This document shows, in pieces, positions 16,660-24,603 of a stretch of DNA of 64,000 nt (position 1 is its first letter; each line of letters opens with the position of its first letter). The stretch covers positions 1,210 to 65,209 of the forward strand of contig DVIV01000005.1 in the NCBI GenBank assembly GCA_018710985.1, written 5' to 3'. The stretch comes from Candidatus Limiplasma pullicola. GTDB taxonomy: Bacteria; Bacillota; Clostridia; Christensenellales; Aristaeellaceae. Position numbers and translations under genes: made by a program. The notes under the pieces were generated by a model. That model saw only the letters and a list, made by a program, of their open reading frames with translations, did no database searches and was not told the origin of the DNA.

Positions 16660-16956
16660 ATGGAAATCATGAAAGAAAGCCACGACACCGACCTGACCCT
16701 GAAGCTGCGCGGACGGCTGGACACCTCCACCGCGCCGGAGCTGGAGGGCGAGCTCAAGAACTGTCTGGAGGGCGTCCAGAGCCTGACGCTGGATCTCAAG
16801 GAGCTGGAGTACATCTCCTCTGCCGGGCTGCGCGTGCTGCTGAGCGCGCAGAAAACCATGAACAAGCAGGGGTCCATGGTGGTTCGCAACGTCAACCCGA
16901 TTGTCAGGGATGTCTTTGACATAACGGGTTTCAGCGACTTTCTGACCATAGAATGA
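16660..16956 (+). CDS. STAS-domain anti-anti-sigma-type protein (SpoIIAA/RsbV-like)
   Basis: 98 aa, LDLKELEYISSAGLRVLLSA with the conserved Ser. Confidence 0.8.
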   Translation: MEIMKESHDTDLTLKLRGRLDTSTAPELEGELKNCLEGVQSLTLDLKELEYISSAGLRVLLSAQKTMNKQGSMVVRNVNPIVRDVFDITGFSDFLTIE

Positions 16957-17753
16957 GCCTGAAAATCGCGTATCTGGGGATTGATTTGCTCCACAGCGCC
17001 CTGCGCACGGTGCTGCAGGAGGATTGCCGGGTGTTGAAGCTCTTTACCTGCGCCACCGACAACGTCACCGAATTCAACACTGAAGTGCTGGAGACGGCCA
17101 GGGCGCACCGCATTCCCGTCAGCCTCAAGCCGTTGGCGGCAGAGGACCTGGCATGGCTGGCGGAGCAGGGATGCGAGCTTCTGCTGTGCGGCGGGTACTA
17201 TCATCGCCTGCCCATCACGGAGGCCTTTCCGATGGTGAACATCCACCCGGCGCCCCTGCCCGCGTTCCGCGGCCCGTGGCCCATGCCCGTGATGCTGCTG
17301 CGGGGGGAACGCCGGGGCGGGGTGGCGATGCACAAGATGGAAGCGACCTTCGACACCGGGGATTTGCTGCTTGAAGAGACGTTTCCCCTGTCCTCCACGG
17401 CCACGCTGGCCGACTATATGGCACAGGTGGAGGCGCTGCTTCCCGGCATGGTGCGGCGGCTGCTCAGAGAGATGCCCGTCCTGCTGGCGAACGCCAGACC
17501 TCAGGGCGAGGGAACCTACTGGCCCTGTCCCACCGAGAAGGACTGGACCATCACGCCCAAGATGCCGGCCGCTCAGGCCGATACCATCCTGAGGGCCTTC
17601 TATGGCTACGAGTGCGTCTACCGGTCGGGAGCGCGCGCCTATGAGCTCATCGGCGGGCGGGTGCTCCGCGAGCCCGGGGCGGGGCCAAGTTTTCCTGTGG
17701 ATGGCGGCTGGGTGTGCGCCCCGCGGGTGAGGAAGCTGAACTGCGATGAATGA
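16953..17753 (+). CDS. Formyltransferase-family protein (Fmt/ArnA-like, N- and C-terminal domains)
   Basis: VNIHPAPLPAFRG (N/H of the catalytic triad), FDTGDLL (Asp), C-terminal Fmt-C-like segment. ATGA overlap with the STAS gene. Confidence 0.65.
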   Translation: MSLKIAYLGIDLLHSALRTVLQEDCRVLKLFTCATDNVTEFNTEVLETARAHRIPVSLKPLAAEDLAWLAEQGCELLLCGGYYHRLPITEAFPMVNIHPAPLPAFRGPWPMPVMLLRGERRGGVAMHKMEATFDTGDLLLEETFPLSSTATLADYMAQVEALLPGMVRRLLREMPVLLANARPQGEGTYWPCPTEKDWTITPKMPAAQADTILRAFYGYECVYRSGARAYELIGGRVLREPGAGPSFPVDGGWVCAPRVRKLNCDE

Positions 17754-18579
17754 ATGCTGGGAACAGGTGGACCGGCTGCGGCGGCAGGCGGGACACGTCC
17801 TGTCCGCCCATGGCTTTCCGTCCATCTGGATCTGGAAGGAAGCCCTGGGCCTTGAACTGGTTGTGGAGGAGGACTACTTCACCGTCAGGGCGGGAAAAAA
17901 CGTCTGGTTTTTCCCCTGCGGCAACGAAAAGGGAAAGCGGGCCTTTCTGGCCGGGCATGCGGGGGAGCCGGACCTGAAGCTGCGCTATCTGAGCGACGCG
18001 GATGCCGCCTGGCTGCAGGCGCAGTATCCCGGCCAATGGAAGCTGGTCCGCCGCCCCGACGACGATGAATACCTCTACCTGCGGGAGAGCCATATCGCCA
18101 TGGAGGGCAGCCGGTTCAGCCACCTAAGGTGGCGGGTCCACAAGATTCAGCGGGACCTCGCCCCCCGCACGCAGATCCTTGACCAGAGCAATGCCGCCGA
18201 CGCCCGGCACATTCTGGATGCCTGGGTCTCCGGCCGTTCCGCCTGGGACGGGGACGACCGGGAGGTGGCGCTGCGGGCCCTGGAGATGCAGAGCGCGCTG
18301 GGGATGCACGGCGTCATCGTCTATCTGGCGGGGCAGCCGGCCGGCTTTATGCTGGGCTTTCCCCTGGCGGCGGACACCTTTGACGCGGCGGTGGGCAAGT
18401 GCGCGGCGGACGTGCAGGGCCTGACCTACTATGTCCTGCGGGAGCTGATGCTCTCCCTGCCGGAACAATACCGGTGGATGAATCTGGAGGAGGACCTGGG
18501 CCTGCCCGGTCTGCGGGATATGAAGGAACACTTCCTGCCTGACGGCAGGCATCAAATCTGGGAGGCGCAGCGGCTGTGA
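17746..18579 (+). CDS. DUF2156-like protein (MprF C-terminal / aminoacyl-tRNA transferase-like fold)
   Basis: Pattern ..DDDEYLYLRESHIAMEGSRFSHLRWRVHKIQRD.. and ..NLEEDLGLPGLRDMKEHFLP resembles the DUF2156/LPG_synthase_C family as I recall it. Overlaps both neighbours. Confidence 0.5.
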   Translation: MNECWEQVDRLRRQAGHVLSAHGFPSIWIWKEALGLELVVEEDYFTVRAGKNVWFFPCGNEKGKRAFLAGHAGEPDLKLRYLSDADAAWLQAQYPGQWKLVRRPDDDEYLYLRESHIAMEGSRFSHLRWRVHKIQRDLAPRTQILDQSNAADARHILDAWVSGRSAWDGDDREVALRALEMQSALGMHGVIVYLAGQPAGFMLGFPLAADTFDAAVGKCAADVQGLTYYVLRELMLSLPEQYRWMNLEEDLGLPGLRDMKEHFLPDGRHQIWEAQRL

Positions 18580-20309
18580 AGCAGGATGTTTTCACCGGAA
18601 AAATGTTTCATCGCCTGTTCTGGCCGTCCCTGTGGGCCTCCGTGGGGCTGGCCTTTTCCGATATGGCGGATGCGCTGGTGGTGGGCTGGCGAATGGGAGA
18701 AACCGGCTTGGCCGCCATTGGCATGACGCTGCCCCTCTTCATGGTCATCAACCTCTTTATGCACGGCCTTGGCATCGGCGGCAGCGTCCACTATGCCCAG
18801 CTGCTGGGCGCGGGAAAGCGCGAGGAGGCGGTGGACAGCTTCGTGCGGGTGCTCAGGCTGGCGCTGGTTGTGAGCTGCCTGCTTGCGCTGGCGGTCAACC
18901 TGTTTCCTCACGCGGCCCTGAGCCTGCTGGGCGCGGGGGTGGCCGACGAGGCGCTGTACCGGCAGACCGAAACCTATGCGCGCCTGATCGCTCTGGGCGC
19001 CCCGGTTTTTTTCCTCAACTATATCCTCAATTATTACCTGCGGGCTGACGGGCAGCAGAAGCGGGCCAGCGCGGGCTTTCTGGCGGGCACGCTGGTGGAT
19101 ATCGGGCTGAATCTGGTGCTGGTGCTGCTGCTGAACCTGGGCACCGCGGGCGCTGCGATGGCCACGATCGCGGGCTCGGCCACGGCGACGGCGGCCTATC
19201 TGCCCGGATTGCTGGGCAGAAAAGGCTCCCTGTACATAAAGCGGGTTCGCTCCGGCTGGGGCGAAGCCCTCGCCTGCCTGCGCACCGGGCTTTCCTCCTC
19301 GGTGCAGTACATCTATCAGCTGATCTTTCTGCTCATCGCCACCCGCACGCTGCTCAGCTGCTTCGGGCAGACCGGCGTGGCCGTCTTTGACATGGTACAA
19401 AACGCCTCCTACCTCATCCTCTATCTGTATGACGCCGCGGCCAAGGCGCTTCAGCCCCTGGCCGGCACCTTCCATGGGGAGAGAAACCGGGAGGCGGCAG
19501 GCCGCTCTCTGCGCCTGGCCGTGAGCTGGGGCCTGGGGCTGGGAGTGCTGGCCGCCGCCCTGGTGAGCCTGTTTCCCCGGTGGGTGTGCTCCGCCTTCGG
19601 CCTTTCGGGGACGGAGGTGCTGTCCATGGGGGCGCTGGCGCTGCGGCTCTACTGCCTCTCCAGCGTCTTTGCCGGGGTCGGTACTTTGCTGGAGGCGTAT
19701 TACCAGTCGGTGGAGCGCGAGAAGGACGCCTTCGTTCTGGCAACGCTGCGCGGATGCGCGGTGATCCTGCCGGTTACGCTGTTGCTGGCCCTGAGCTGGC
19801 CGCAGGGCCTGTGGTGGACCTTTCCCATCACGGAGGTGCTGTCGCTGGGCGTCTTTGCGCTCTGGCGCCGCCTTCGCCCGGACAAGGGAGAACCCTTTTC
19901 TCCCCAGCGCGTTTTCCGCCGCCAGATCCGCAGCAGCACCGGGGAGCTGGGAAGCCTTTCCCAGGATGTGGAGGCTTTCTGCGAAATGTGGGGGGCCACG
20001 CCCCGGCAGCGCTATCTGGTGGAGCTGACGGTGGAGGAAATCGGCGTGGTGATCATCTCCAAGGCCTTTGCCTCTCAGCCGGACGGATATATCCAGCTGA
20101 CGCTTATCGCGTGCGAGGACGGCGGATTTCAGCTGCATGTGCGGGACAATGCCGCCGGCTTTGACCCCTTCTCGCTGGCGACGGGGAAGGTGGCGGACCC
20201 GGAGGCGTTTGACATGGACGCCATCGGCATGCTGATGGTGAAAAAGCAGGCCAAGAGCTTTTTTTACCGTCAGTATCAGGGATTCAACACTTTGGTAGTC
20301 AGTATTTGA
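18576..20309 (+). CDS. MATE-family efflux transporter fused to a C-terminal degenerate GHKL (RsbW-like) domain
   Basis: About 440 aa of MATE-type TM helices (FWPSLWASVGLAFSDMADALVVG..). From about 19908: LVELTVEEIGVVI (no N-box Asn), VRDNAAGFDPF (G1-like), DAIGMLMVKK (G2-like). Confidence 0.7.
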   Translation: MKQDVFTGKMFHRLFWPSLWASVGLAFSDMADALVVGWRMGETGLAAIGMTLPLFMVINLFMHGLGIGGSVHYAQLLGAGKREEAVDSFVRVLRLALVVSCLLALAVNLFPHAALSLLGAGVADEALYRQTETYARLIALGAPVFFLNYILNYYLRADGQQKRASAGFLAGTLVDIGLNLVLVLLLNLGTAGAAMATIAGSATATAAYLPGLLGRKGSLYIKRVRSGWGEALACLRTGLSSSVQYIYQLIFLLIATRTLLSCFGQTGVAVFDMVQNASYLILYLYDAAAKALQPLAGTFHGERNREAAGRSLRLAVSWGLGLGVLAAALVSLFPRWVCSAFGLSGTEVLSMGALALRLYCLSSVFAGVGTLLEAYYQSVEREKDAFVLATLRGCAVILPVTLLLALSWPQGLWWTFPITEVLSLGVFALWRRLRPDKGEPFSPQRVFRRQIRSSTGELGSLSQDVEAFCEMWGATPRQRYLVELTVEEIGVVIISKAFASQPDGYIQLTLIACEDGGFQLHVRDNAAGFDPFSLATGKVADPEAFDMDAIGMLMVKKQAKSFFYRQYQGFNTLVVSI

Positions 20310-20318
20310 GGTGGGGTT

Positions 20319-22412
20319 ATGAGGCTTTCTCTGCGCAAAAAAGTGATGGTGGCCGTGCTGCTGATGGCCCTGATTGTGGCCGGGGCCACCGCGCTTGTGA
20401 GCTATAACATGTACGCCCGCTCCATGGAGGAGCACTATGAGCGGCTGACCATGAACACCGCCAGGTCCGCGGCCTCCATGGTGGATGTCCAGGCGGTGGC
20501 GGAACTGAAGGACCGCACGCTGGAGATTTACCGCGGCTTCTGCCCGGACGAGAACACGCCCCCGGACTTTGAAGCCTTTGATGAGGCGGACTGGGACGCC
20601 TACTATGCCGCCTACGACGAAATCCTCCAAAGCGACGCCTACCGGAAAACCTTCGCCACCCTGAACGCCCTCAAGGAGGACAACGGCGTACTCTGGCTGT
20701 ATGTGGCCTACATGGATGAGCAGACCGGTCAGGGCATTTACATCGTGGATGCGGATTCCACGCAAGACGCCTGCCTGCCGGGCACCTGCGGGGATATCGA
20801 GCCGGAAAATCTGGTGCTGATGGAGCAGGGCGTGTACGACTTCCCGCCCTACATCACCAATTACGAGGAATTCGGCTGGCTGTCCTCCGCGGCCGCGGCC
20901 ATTACCGCCCCGGACGGAACGGTGGTGGCCAACGCGTTTGTGGACTTTTCCATGAACCAGGTGATGGCCGACCGTCAGGCCTTTCTGCTGCGGCTGGCGG
21001 CTGTGCTGGCCGCGGTGACGCTGGTGCTGATTGTGACGCTGGCCTACGGGTTCGGCCGGGCGGTGGTGCGCCCCATCAACCAGCTGGCGAAGGCCACCGG
21101 CTCCTTCGTTTCCGACAAGGAGCGCAATCAGAGCAGCTCCGCCATCTCCCTGCTGGAGATACGGACGGGGGACGAGATTGAAAACCTGTCCTGCTCGATC
21201 CGGCAGATGGAGCAGGAGATCAACACCTATATCGCCAACCTGACCCAGGTCACGGCGGAGCGGGAGCGCATCGGCGCCGAGCTGGACGTGGCCCGAAACA
21301 TCCAGGCTTCCATGCTGCCCTGCATCTTCCCGCCCTTTCCGCAGCGCGAGGAGTTCAGCATCTTTGCCTCCATGGACCCGGCCAAGGAGGTCGGCGGCGA
21401 TTTTTATGACTTTTTCCTGGTGGACGACGACCACCTGGCCCTGGTGATGGCCGATGTGTCGGGCAAAGGGGTTCCGGCGGCCATGTTCATGGTCATTGCC
21501 AAGACCCTGCTGAAAAACGCCGCCCAGACTGGCGCTTCCCCCAGGGCCGTGCTGGAGAAGGTCAACGACCAGCTGTGCGAAAACAACGATGCCGAAATGT
21601 TCGTTACCGTGTGGCTGGGAATTCTGGAGATTTCCACCGGAAAGCTGGTATGCGCCAACGCCGGCCACGAGTTTCCGGCCATCCGCCGCGCGGGCGGAGA
21701 ATTCGAGCTTTTCCGCGACAAGCACGGCTTTGTGCTGGCGGGCATGGAGCATGCCCGTTACCGGGAGTACGAGCTGACCCTCTGCGGAGGAGATACCCTT
21801 TTCGTCTACACCGACGGCGTTCCCGAAGCTACGGACAGCCAGAACCGGCTCTACGGTACCGACCGGATGCTTGCCGCGCTGAACCGGCAGAAGGAGGCAG
21901 GCTGCCAGGAGCTCATCCGGGGGCTGCGGGCGGACATTGACGGCTTTGTGGGCGACAACCCGCAGTTTGACGACATCACCATGCTGGCGCTGGAGTTCAA
22001 AAACCTGGGCGAGACGCGCATGCGCAAAATGGGGCTGCGGCCCGATCTGGCCCAGCTGGAGCAGGCCACGGCCTTCTTTGAGAACATTCTCGCAGAGCAC
22101 AACGCCCCCAGGCGGGTGGTGGAGCAGATGAAGGTTGTGACGGACGAGATTTTTTCCAACATCGTCTTTTACAGCGGGGCCACGGCGGTCACCCTGGGGT
22201 GCGAGGCGGGAGAGGGATATGCCCGGCTGCGCTTCTCCGACAACGGCCGGCCCTATGACCCCACGCAAAAGCCGGACCCGGATGTCACGCTTCCTCCGGA
22301 GGAGCGGGAAGCCGGGGGCATGGGCATCTATATCGTCCGAAAGCTGACGGACGGACTGTCCTATTACTACGCCGACGGCCTGAATGTGCTAACCTTGGAA
22401 AAGCGATGGTGA
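20319..22412 (+). CDS. Membrane sensor phosphatase: TM, Cache-like ectodomain, TM, HAMP, PP2C (SpoIIE/RsbU), C-terminal RsbW-type GHKL
   Basis: GGDFYDFFLVDDDHLALVMADVSGKGVPAAMFM, VYTDGVPEA (PP2C). C-terminal 127 aa (from 22029) carry DEIFSNI, SDNGRPYDP and GGMGIYIV. Confidence 0.8.
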   Translation: MRLSLRKKVMVAVLLMALIVAGATALVSYNMYARSMEEHYERLTMNTARSAASMVDVQAVAELKDRTLEIYRGFCPDENTPPDFEAFDEADWDAYYAAYDEILQSDAYRKTFATLNALKEDNGVLWLYVAYMDEQTGQGIYIVDADSTQDACLPGTCGDIEPENLVLMEQGVYDFPPYITNYEEFGWLSSAAAAITAPDGTVVANAFVDFSMNQVMADRQAFLLRLAAVLAAVTLVLIVTLAYGFGRAVVRPINQLAKATGSFVSDKERNQSSSAISLLEIRTGDEIENLSCSIRQMEQEINTYIANLTQVTAERERIGAELDVARNIQASMLPCIFPPFPQREEFSIFASMDPAKEVGGDFYDFFLVDDDHLALVMADVSGKGVPAAMFMVIAKTLLKNAAQTGASPRAVLEKVNDQLCENNDAEMFVTVWLGILEISTGKLVCANAGHEFPAIRRAGGEFELFRDKHGFVLAGMEHARYREYELTLCGGDTLFVYTDGVPEATDSQNRLYGTDRMLAALNRQKEAGCQELIRGLRADIDGFVGDNPQFDDITMLALEFKNLGETRMRKMGLRPDLAQLEQATAFFENILAEHNAPRRVVEQMKVVTDEIFSNIVFYSGATAVTLGCEAGEGYARLRFSDNGRPYDPTQKPDPDVTLPPEEREAGGMGIYIVRKLTDGLSYYYADGLNVLTLEKRW

Positions 22413-22450
22413 CAGCCTGCGGGCCTTCACCGCAAGGAGGTTCTTTCCAA

Positions 22451-24193
22451 ATGAACGGTTTATTCATCATGATCATTGCCATTGTGGTACTGCTGGCGGC
22501 CTATCTCATCTACGGCCGCTATCTGGCCAGAACCTGGGGGATTGACCCCAAGGCCAAAACCCCCGCCTATGAGCTGGAAGACGGCGTGGACTATGTGCCT
22601 GCCGATACCAATGTGGTCTTCGGCCATCAGTTTGCCTCCATCGCCGGGGCGGCCGCCATCAACGGCCCCATTCAGGCGTCGGTATTCGGCTGGATTCCGG
22701 TGCTGCTGTGGATTCTGCTGGGCGGCGTGTTCTTCGGCGCCGTGCAGGACTTTGCGGCCATGTACGCTTCGGTCAAAAACAAGGGGCGCACCATCGGCTA
22801 CATCATCGAGTCCTACATCGGCAAAACGGGCAAAAAGCTCTTCCTTCTGTTCTGCTGGCTCTTTTCCATTCTGGTGGTAGCCGCCTTTGTGGATATCGTG
22901 GCCGGCACCTTCAATGGCTTTCAGGCGGGCTCCGACGGGGTCATCACGCCCATTCGGGCCAACGGTTCGGTGGCCACCACATCCATGATCTTCATCGTGG
23001 AGGCCGTGGCGCTGGGCTTTCTGCTGCGGTATGGGAAGCTCCATAAATGGGGCAACACCGCCGTTGCCATCGTCATGCTGGTGGCGGCCGTCATCCTGGG
23101 GCTGCGCCTGCCCCTGTATATCAGCCTGAACAACTGGCATCTTCTGGTCTTTGTCTACGTGCTCATCGCGTCGGTGGCGCCTATCTGGGCCCTGCTCCAG
23201 CCCCGCGACTACCTTAACAGCTACCTGCTGATCGCCATGATCGTGGCGGCCGTGATCGGCGTGTTCGCCGCGCGGCCGGAGGTGAACCTTCCCGCGTTCT
23301 CCGGCTTCACCGTCAACGGCCAGACGCTCTTCCCCTTCCTCTTCGTCACCATCGCCTGCGGCGCCGTGTCCGGCTTCCACTCGCTGGTGTCCTCCGGCAC
23401 TGCCTCCAAGCAGATCAAAAATGAGAAAAGCATGCTCCCCGTCTCCTTCGGCGCCATGCTGATGGAGTCCATGCTGGCGGTGATCGCCCTGATCGCCGTG
23501 GCCTCCTTCTCCTCTTCGGCGGAGACCGCCGCGCTGGGCTACACCACCCCCTCCCAGATCTTCGCCGGCGGGGTCTCAAATTTCCTGGCGGTCATGAACC
23601 TGCCTCAGGACGTGGTGTATACCCTCATCAACCTGGCGGTGTCCGCCTTCGCCCTCACCTCCCTGGATTCGGTGGCCCGCGTGGGGCGGCTTTCCTTCCA
23701 GGAGCTGTTCCAGGATGAGTCCGTCAGGCCCGAGGAGATGAGCCTTGTGCGCCGGGTGCTGACGAACAAGTATTTTGCCACCATCCTCACGCTGGTGCTG
23801 GCCTTCTTCCTCACGCAGGTGGGATACGATTCCATCTGGCCGCTGTTCGGCGCCTCCAACCAGCTGCTCTCCGCCCTGGCCTTCCTGGCCTGCGCGGTAT
23901 TCCTCAAGCACACCAAGCGCAAAAGTTTCATGCTCTGGATTCCCATGTTTACGATGATCGCGGTGACCTTCTCCGCCCTGGCCCTGACCATCTGGAATCT
24001 GGGCAGCGGCATCGTGGGAGGGAGCTACCAGTGGATCGCGGGGATGACGGTCACGGTGAACGGCGCCAGCGTGCTGACCGCGTGGGGAGCCGGCATCCAG
24101 CTGCTGTTTGCAGTGCTGATTCTGGCCCTGGGCGTCGTCGTTGTGATACAGGGAATCCGCAAGCTGCTGGCGAAACCCGCCGCCGCGATGTAA
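22451..24193 (+). CDS. cstA: Carbon starvation protein A (peptide/pyruvate transporter family)
   Basis: MNGLFIMIIAIVVLLAAYLIYGRYLARTWGIDP.., FGHQFASIAGAAAINGPI. ATG 22451 behind AAGGAGG. Confidence 0.85.
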   Translation: MNGLFIMIIAIVVLLAAYLIYGRYLARTWGIDPKAKTPAYELEDGVDYVPADTNVVFGHQFASIAGAAAINGPIQASVFGWIPVLLWILLGGVFFGAVQDFAAMYASVKNKGRTIGYIIESYIGKTGKKLFLLFCWLFSILVVAAFVDIVAGTFNGFQAGSDGVITPIRANGSVATTSMIFIVEAVALGFLLRYGKLHKWGNTAVAIVMLVAAVILGLRLPLYISLNNWHLLVFVYVLIASVAPIWALLQPRDYLNSYLLIAMIVAAVIGVFAARPEVNLPAFSGFTVNGQTLFPFLFVTIACGAVSGFHSLVSSGTASKQIKNEKSMLPVSFGAMLMESMLAVIALIAVASFSSSAETAALGYTTPSQIFAGGVSNFLAVMNLPQDVVYTLINLAVSAFALTSLDSVARVGRLSFQELFQDESVRPEEMSLVRRVLTNKYFATILTLVLAFFLTQVGYDSIWPLFGASNQLLSALAFLACAVFLKHTKRKSFMLWIPMFTMIAVTFSALALTIWNLGSGIVGGSYQWIAGMTVTVNGASVLTAWGAGIQLLFAVLILALGVVVVIQGIRKLLAKPAAAM

Positions 24194-24390
24194 TTTCCAC
24201 CTCTCCATTTATAGGCGAAACGCCGCGCCGGCCTCCGTCTGCGACAGCTGCATCGACGAAGGCCGGCGCGGCGCATGTGCGGCAGCTGCTGGCGATGTAT
24301 AAGGGGTAACGGCGGGCGTTATCATGTGACTACCGTTTTGACTACTTTATATCGTAAAAAATCGGAATATATCGGAAATAAATTTATGAT

Positions 24391-24421
24391 GAAAACCCGC
24401 AATCCCTTATGGATTGCGGGT
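24391..24421 (-). terminator. Rho-independent terminator of the tRNA-Lys gene
   Basis: Minus strand: ACCCGCAATCC-loop-GGATTGCGGGT followed by TTTT. Confidence 0.7.
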
Positions 24422-24426
24422 TTCTG

Positions 24427-24502
24427 TGGTACACCATCAGGGGCTCGAACCCTGGACACCCTGATTAAGAGTCAGGTGCTCTACCAACTGAGCTAATGGT
24501 GC
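24427..24502 (-). tRNA. tRNA-Lys (anticodon CUU), CCA encoded
   Basis: Minus strand GCACCATTAGCTCAGTTGGTAGAGCACCTGACTCTTAATCAGGGTGTCCAGGGTTCGAGCCCCTGATGGTGTACCA folds into a cloverleaf with anticodon loop CTCTTAA. 76 nt. Confidence 0.9.
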
Positions 24503-24555
24503 ATATCCGCCAGCCGGGGCGCTTTCGTGAAGCGTTATCACAACCAGCGAAGATT

Positions 24556-24583
24556 ATTATACTCCATCAAAGGAGAATGTCAA
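24556..24583 (-). promoter_or_regulatory. Near-consensus sigma-A promoter of tRNA-Lys
   Basis: Minus strand: TTGACA (24583..24578), 16 nt, TATAAT (24561..24556). Confidence 0.6.
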
Positions 24584-24603
24584 CCCCCAAAATGCGAAAA
24601 ATT

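Noticed and set aside
18552-22268. 1238-aa ORF on the minus strand spanning the MATE and PP2C genes
   Set aside because: Its translation is Arg/Gly/Pro/His/Gln-rich low-complexity sequence with no recognisable motif. The opposite strand encodes clear MATE, PP2C and GHKL motifs with good RBSs. This is the typical stop-codon-poor antisense frame of a GC-rich genome.
24194-24603. A/T-rich patch next to the 3' end of tRNA-Lys, considered as an integration (att) site or island boundary
   Set aside because: No integrase or recombinase gene is present. I could find no direct repeat of the tRNA 3' end, and the flanking genes (cstA, radical SAM, rimP operon) look like core genes. The patch is explained by the tRNA terminator and promoter and the cstA terminator.
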